Shown: positions 60,301 through 64,000 of the stretch, piece after piece | How the letters are laid out: each line of letters begins with the position of its first letter | Position numbering within the stretch: position 1 is the first letter of the stretch | Source: Tubiluchus corallicola | Lineage: Eukaryota; Animalia; Priapulida | DNA: 64,000 nt | NCBI GenBank assembly: GCA_030141605.1 | Contig: JAQGDQ010000004.1 | Span: 1,860,001 to 1,924,000, forward strand | Direction: 5' to 3' | Notes under the pieces: generated by a model | Database searches by the model: none | The model's input: the letters and a program-made list of their open reading frames with translations, nothing else | What the model was told of the DNA's origin: nothing | Program-made: the position numbers and the translations under genes

Positions 60301-63129
60301 CAGGGAGGTATTACATCCCATTACCAGTATTCGAGTAATCTTGAAATATTTCTGGTGGTAGAGAGTTAATTGGGTGTGTGACACTTCTCATGAAACATTT
60401 CCAGAATATTTGGCTTTGTTCGTTTACATGAGTGTTTGGCATGCAGAGTATATCAGAACTGACAGAATAGAAAAATACGCCTATATTGGTAGGCATTTTT
60501 GACTTTAAATTTGTTAAAAAACTAGTAAGTAGTCAATAAGTATTTTGAAAATGGATTTTAGTTTTATGTGTGTGAGTGTGTGTATTTACTGGTCTTGTCC
60601 AGAAAAAATAGTTGATAAATTGTTAAATATTTAAAATATGCTCAGGGAACAGCATTTGGGGCCTTTGATTCAATGACACTTTTTAGTGAACAGTTATACA
60701 ATTGAGTATCGATTGCCTAGAAGCTAATGAGATAACAGCATTACATTCATTTCATTGATTCACTTTTTTTTCAGCATATAGATTACATAATGGGAGTTCA
60801 CGGAAAGCAGGTGATGCAGGCAGTAATACTCATATTAGAGGGTGATCATATTGCTGATGTCAAAGAACAAGTATGTAAGAAAATGGGTAAAATTTTGTTA
60901 GCATAATGCAAAATACGTATTTTTAGCTTTTAAGGAATTACTTCTGCTTTTGCAAACAGCATATCAGTACTAGTATGCCCCATGAGTAGTGTACGGAGCT
61001 AACAGTTGTTAATTGGCTCTTAAATAATGTTAAAAAACTTCAACTGCTTGTTAAGTATTTCACAGTGTTTGGCTAAGTATGGCAGCCATTCTCTACCATC
61101 TCCAGCCATTTTTGCAAGTTTAAGGATGTAACATGCAGACCAGTTAATCAACTGCAAAAAATTACTTTAACTCACTTATTTGCATTCATCTTTGAAGTGA
61201 TATGAATGAATGACCACCACCATTTGTAGCAGATTTCACTGTTATTTTGCTTTGTTGCAGTTAATGATGTACTTGATGTACTGTTTGTCATTTTATATTA
61301 GATATAGTTAATTTTTGTATTTTACTTTTAGGCATTGTGCATACTAGCAAATATTGCAGATGGTGAATCAGCTAAAGAATACATTATGTCAAATGAAGAT
61401 GTGTTAAAAAAGATAGTTAGCTACATGGTAAGATTTTCTAAAACTATTTTAACCATATGTAATTGCACAAATCTTTTTCCAGCAGATTTGCAAAACAAAT
61501 CTTGTTTAATGACACGTTATCAATTGCAAGTTTTTGTTATACATTTTTTCATTCTTTGTAGCTTAGTGAACAGTTTTTCATGGTTCTGTTTGCTCACTGT
61601 TGTTAAAAAATTATTACCAATTTTATACTAATAGCAAGCCAACTGTGATGTTAATAATCTATGATCTTTATAATAAACACCATAAGAAATATGCAACGTT
61701 GAAGTCCATGGCAGTCTGCTAGATAATACGTAACTTTAAGATCTTGTGGTATTGTCCACAAAACTTAAAATATGAAATAGATTTCTCACTTGAAATGTGA
61801 TGATAGAGCTCTATTTTATGTATACTTACCCTGCCTAGCCCCATCTATTGGAATCGTCATTCACGTAATTGTTCTTTGTCAAAAAACTGAACATATGAGA
61901 AATTACAGTACGTTGATTATAGTTGTGTGCTTTCACTTTTTTACTGATTCCTATTTTATAGGTACATCCAAATATTAAGTTACAGATAGCTGCAACATTT
62001 TGCGTCTCAAATCTTATCTGGAATGAAGAAGACGGTATATGTAATTTTAATGTATTTAAGTACTTCTGATGAGTGGTAGAAGCATGCTAGAATTTATTAA
62101 TCTCTGGCCATCTAAGTTACAGGAACTGTTACCTTTTTGTCAATTTTAACACAATCCAGTTACCTAGAATTTTGTTAAACATGATTAAAATATTTTCCCT
62201 CAATCTGTTTCATTAATTTACAACAACGCTGGAAACTTTTTTCGTCACCATAGCTGTTTAGTTGAGTTATGTAAAAATTAACAGAATTTTAGCATGCCAC
62301 TTACTATTACAAGTTAATGACTTGATTTTATACTTACTTTGAAAGCAATTTCAGATCCTTGCTATTCGTGCATGATATCTGTACATTTACAGGTTCATGG
62401 CAAATTCATCGAGAATTTGATACGAGTATGTAGCTCACATTGTTGGAGATTTGTGAATTCCATCAGGTTTCTTGTATCCTCTATTCTAGTGTATACTTAT
62501 TGTTTAACTAACAACACCAAGTCAACTATAGTGTTGTGCCATTGGGACCGCTGGTCAGTCAGAACCATAATGACTGATGAATATTATAATATTCATCAGC
62601 TGGTGATAATAACAGTGATGACAATGACAATGATGGCGATGATGATAGTGTCTTAACCACAAATTTTATGTACATGAACGTTAAGGTGAAAAACAATTAA
62701 AATTTTTCTTTTTAAATTTTGGAATTTCCAAGTAAACAATGTATACATATCTTTTTGTATCTATAGGGGCATATGAGCGTCAAATAAGATTAAGAGAGAT
62801 GGGTGTCAGAAATCTTCTACAACAGTTGCAGGACACATCTGATACAGTTTTATACGACAAGTAAGATGAAGTATTTTTCATCATGTTAACTTTCAGAATT
62901 TCAGTTTGTATTTGAGTAAGAAAGATATAAAAATCCAGAATGTTTCATGTGAAATAATTTTGTACAAAAGTGGATTATGGGTGCAAACTTTGTTTCATTA
63001 TGCGACGGATACAAGAACGAAATGCATTCAATAGAGGAAATCATTTTCTTTTGCTGTGAAAAACTTGAACATTTACATTTTTTATTTTACAGAGTGAAGA
63101 CAGCGTTAAATCAGTTTGGTACTTCCTGA
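45372..63129 (+). CDS. ARMC8: Armadillo repeat-containing protein 8 (GID5, CTLH/GID E3 complex subunit), 19 exons, ~658 aa
   Basis: Exons 45372-45374 (ATG only, uncertain), 47611-47687, 47866-47937, 50354-50496, 51867-51964, 52696-52788, 53150-53306, 54014-54104, 54213-54270, 54728-54925, 55464-55559, 57108-57272, 57978-58157, 58912-59061, 60775-60870, 61332-61427, 61962-62034, 62767-62860, 63093-63129; phases all consistent. Hallmarks [79 protein letters not shown]. Confidence 0.96.
45840..46380 (+). mobile_element. Degraded 3' end of an RTE-like LINE in ARMC8 intron 1
   Basis: [25 protein letters not shown]...[10 protein letters not shown] resembles the post-RT 'FxRRxLRxILxIxWxxxISNxELY...RRLxW' segment; ends in a short (ATG)n tail at ~46368-46379. 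Confidence 0.65.
48066..50043. mobile_element. Kolobok-like DNA transposon remnant (~1.98 kb) in an ARMC8 intron
   Basis: TTAA|AGGGGGAATATCgccAAAATtAAGTT at the left vs reverse complement of the right end TTAA|AGGGGGAATATCatgAAAATcAAGTT; TTAA TSD at 48062-48065 and 50044-50047. TIRs beginning with purines plus a TTAA TSD fit Kolobok. Confidence 0.75.
51098..51185. repeat. Perfect 44-bp tandem duplication (intronic)
   Basis: aagttttgaataatttcatcataaggtttacggattttcagcag x2. Confidence 0.9.
55006..55078. repeat. Imperfect (TG)n microsatellite
   Basis: gtgtgtgtgtatgtgtgtgtgcatgtgtgtgcacgcatgcgtgtgtg... Confidence 0.75.
55536..55826. repeat. Three-copy 97-bp tandem repeat spanning an ARMC8 exon/intron junction
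   Basis: Units start at 55536, 55633 and 55730 (aatgaYgaggatgttaggaaaaagRtatagatt...gtaatcacctat). Confidence 0.92.
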
Positions 63130-64000
63130 AATAGACACAGTCAGTTCACATACAAGATATTTGTTCAAATAAACACTTCATTATAGCAGCGATACTTTCA
63201 GATTCTTTTGATGTGCATCAGCATATCTACTAGCTGCACTGTAAATCATAAGTCAGCAATAAATCAGCTTCACAGCCTCTCTTGTTGAAGGGCCACATTG
63301 CTGGTAATACTTGTCATCAACGCTAGAATACCATATTGTCTTTCAATTGTTGGACAATTGCTATTTTCGAGTTAGCTGTTATTAAAGTGCTAACAATAAA
63401 AGAAACTTATTTGTTAGCTGGCCTATTGGTAACAAGTCTTGGTTGCAGTATTTGACTAGCATAAAATTTGAAATGTTATATAAAGCTGTTGCTGCATTTT
63501 GTGACAGACAGAGTTTGTGACTTTTTCTAAGTTGCCTTTGTTACTTTTTTCCTCGTGTATAAACAGTGATGTCAAATGCGAAAACCCTGCTTTTCTACAT
63601 TCTACCTGTCTAAAATGAATTATTTAAGCCAGTTTTGGAAATTGACTTATAATAAGAATGACATAAAATGACATTCTACTGTGGCATTCTACATAGCTGC
63701 TGACATGGGTCAGCACAGTTTGATTACATTCAAAATCAAATGTGTATCTGATACTTCCTCCCACGTTTATAAATTATTATCATCAGCAAAAGAAATTTGT
63801 TGACAAAATTCCTTCTACAGTATCTTGCATTAAATATAAAGCTAATGTTTTATCTGTAACTTTTGTAAATGATAGTTGATATACTATCATTTAATAGCAC
63901 AATCAAATTATTATATATTAGTTTAGATTATGTCACTGTATTGATTTAAAATAATAATTTGTAGCCCAGCAAGTTCAACTTTTATATTTATTATTTATTC

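Noticed and set aside
62339-62656. 105-aa ORF in an ARMC8 intron with a cAG acceptor at ~62392
   Set aside because: ARMC8 is complete without it, and its tail is a decayed (ATG/ACA)n repeat.

Overview
AT-rich, intron-containing eukaryotic (invertebrate metazoan-like) DNA, not prokaryotic; no rRNA, intact tRNA or CRISPR array was seen. Reading splice sites by hand gives: the first coding exon of a probable valyl-tRNA synthetase (-), PTGES2 (+, 6 exons), RNF41/Nrdp1 (-, 7 exons), ARMC8 (+, 19 exons) and an orphan class A GPCR with an intronless CDS (-). The standout locus is a ~2,870-aa protein. It has a probable signal-peptide exon (16107-16149) and one 8.6-kb exon (20793-29365) encoding a peritrophin-A/CBM14-like chitin-binding domain, roughly 530 G-[Y/F/W]-[D/N/S]-x-x pentapeptides in higher-order blocks, a poly-Asp tract and a basic tail. 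This is a candidate extracellular-matrix or biomineralisation scaffold. Several non-autonomous DNA transposons are present (two hAT elements with perfect 8-bp TSDs, a Kolobok-like element with TTAA TSD, other TIR elements), plus LINE remnants and a triplicated ARMC8 exon/intron junction whose extra splice donors are inactivated. Gene names come from remembered family motifs; no database search was run.
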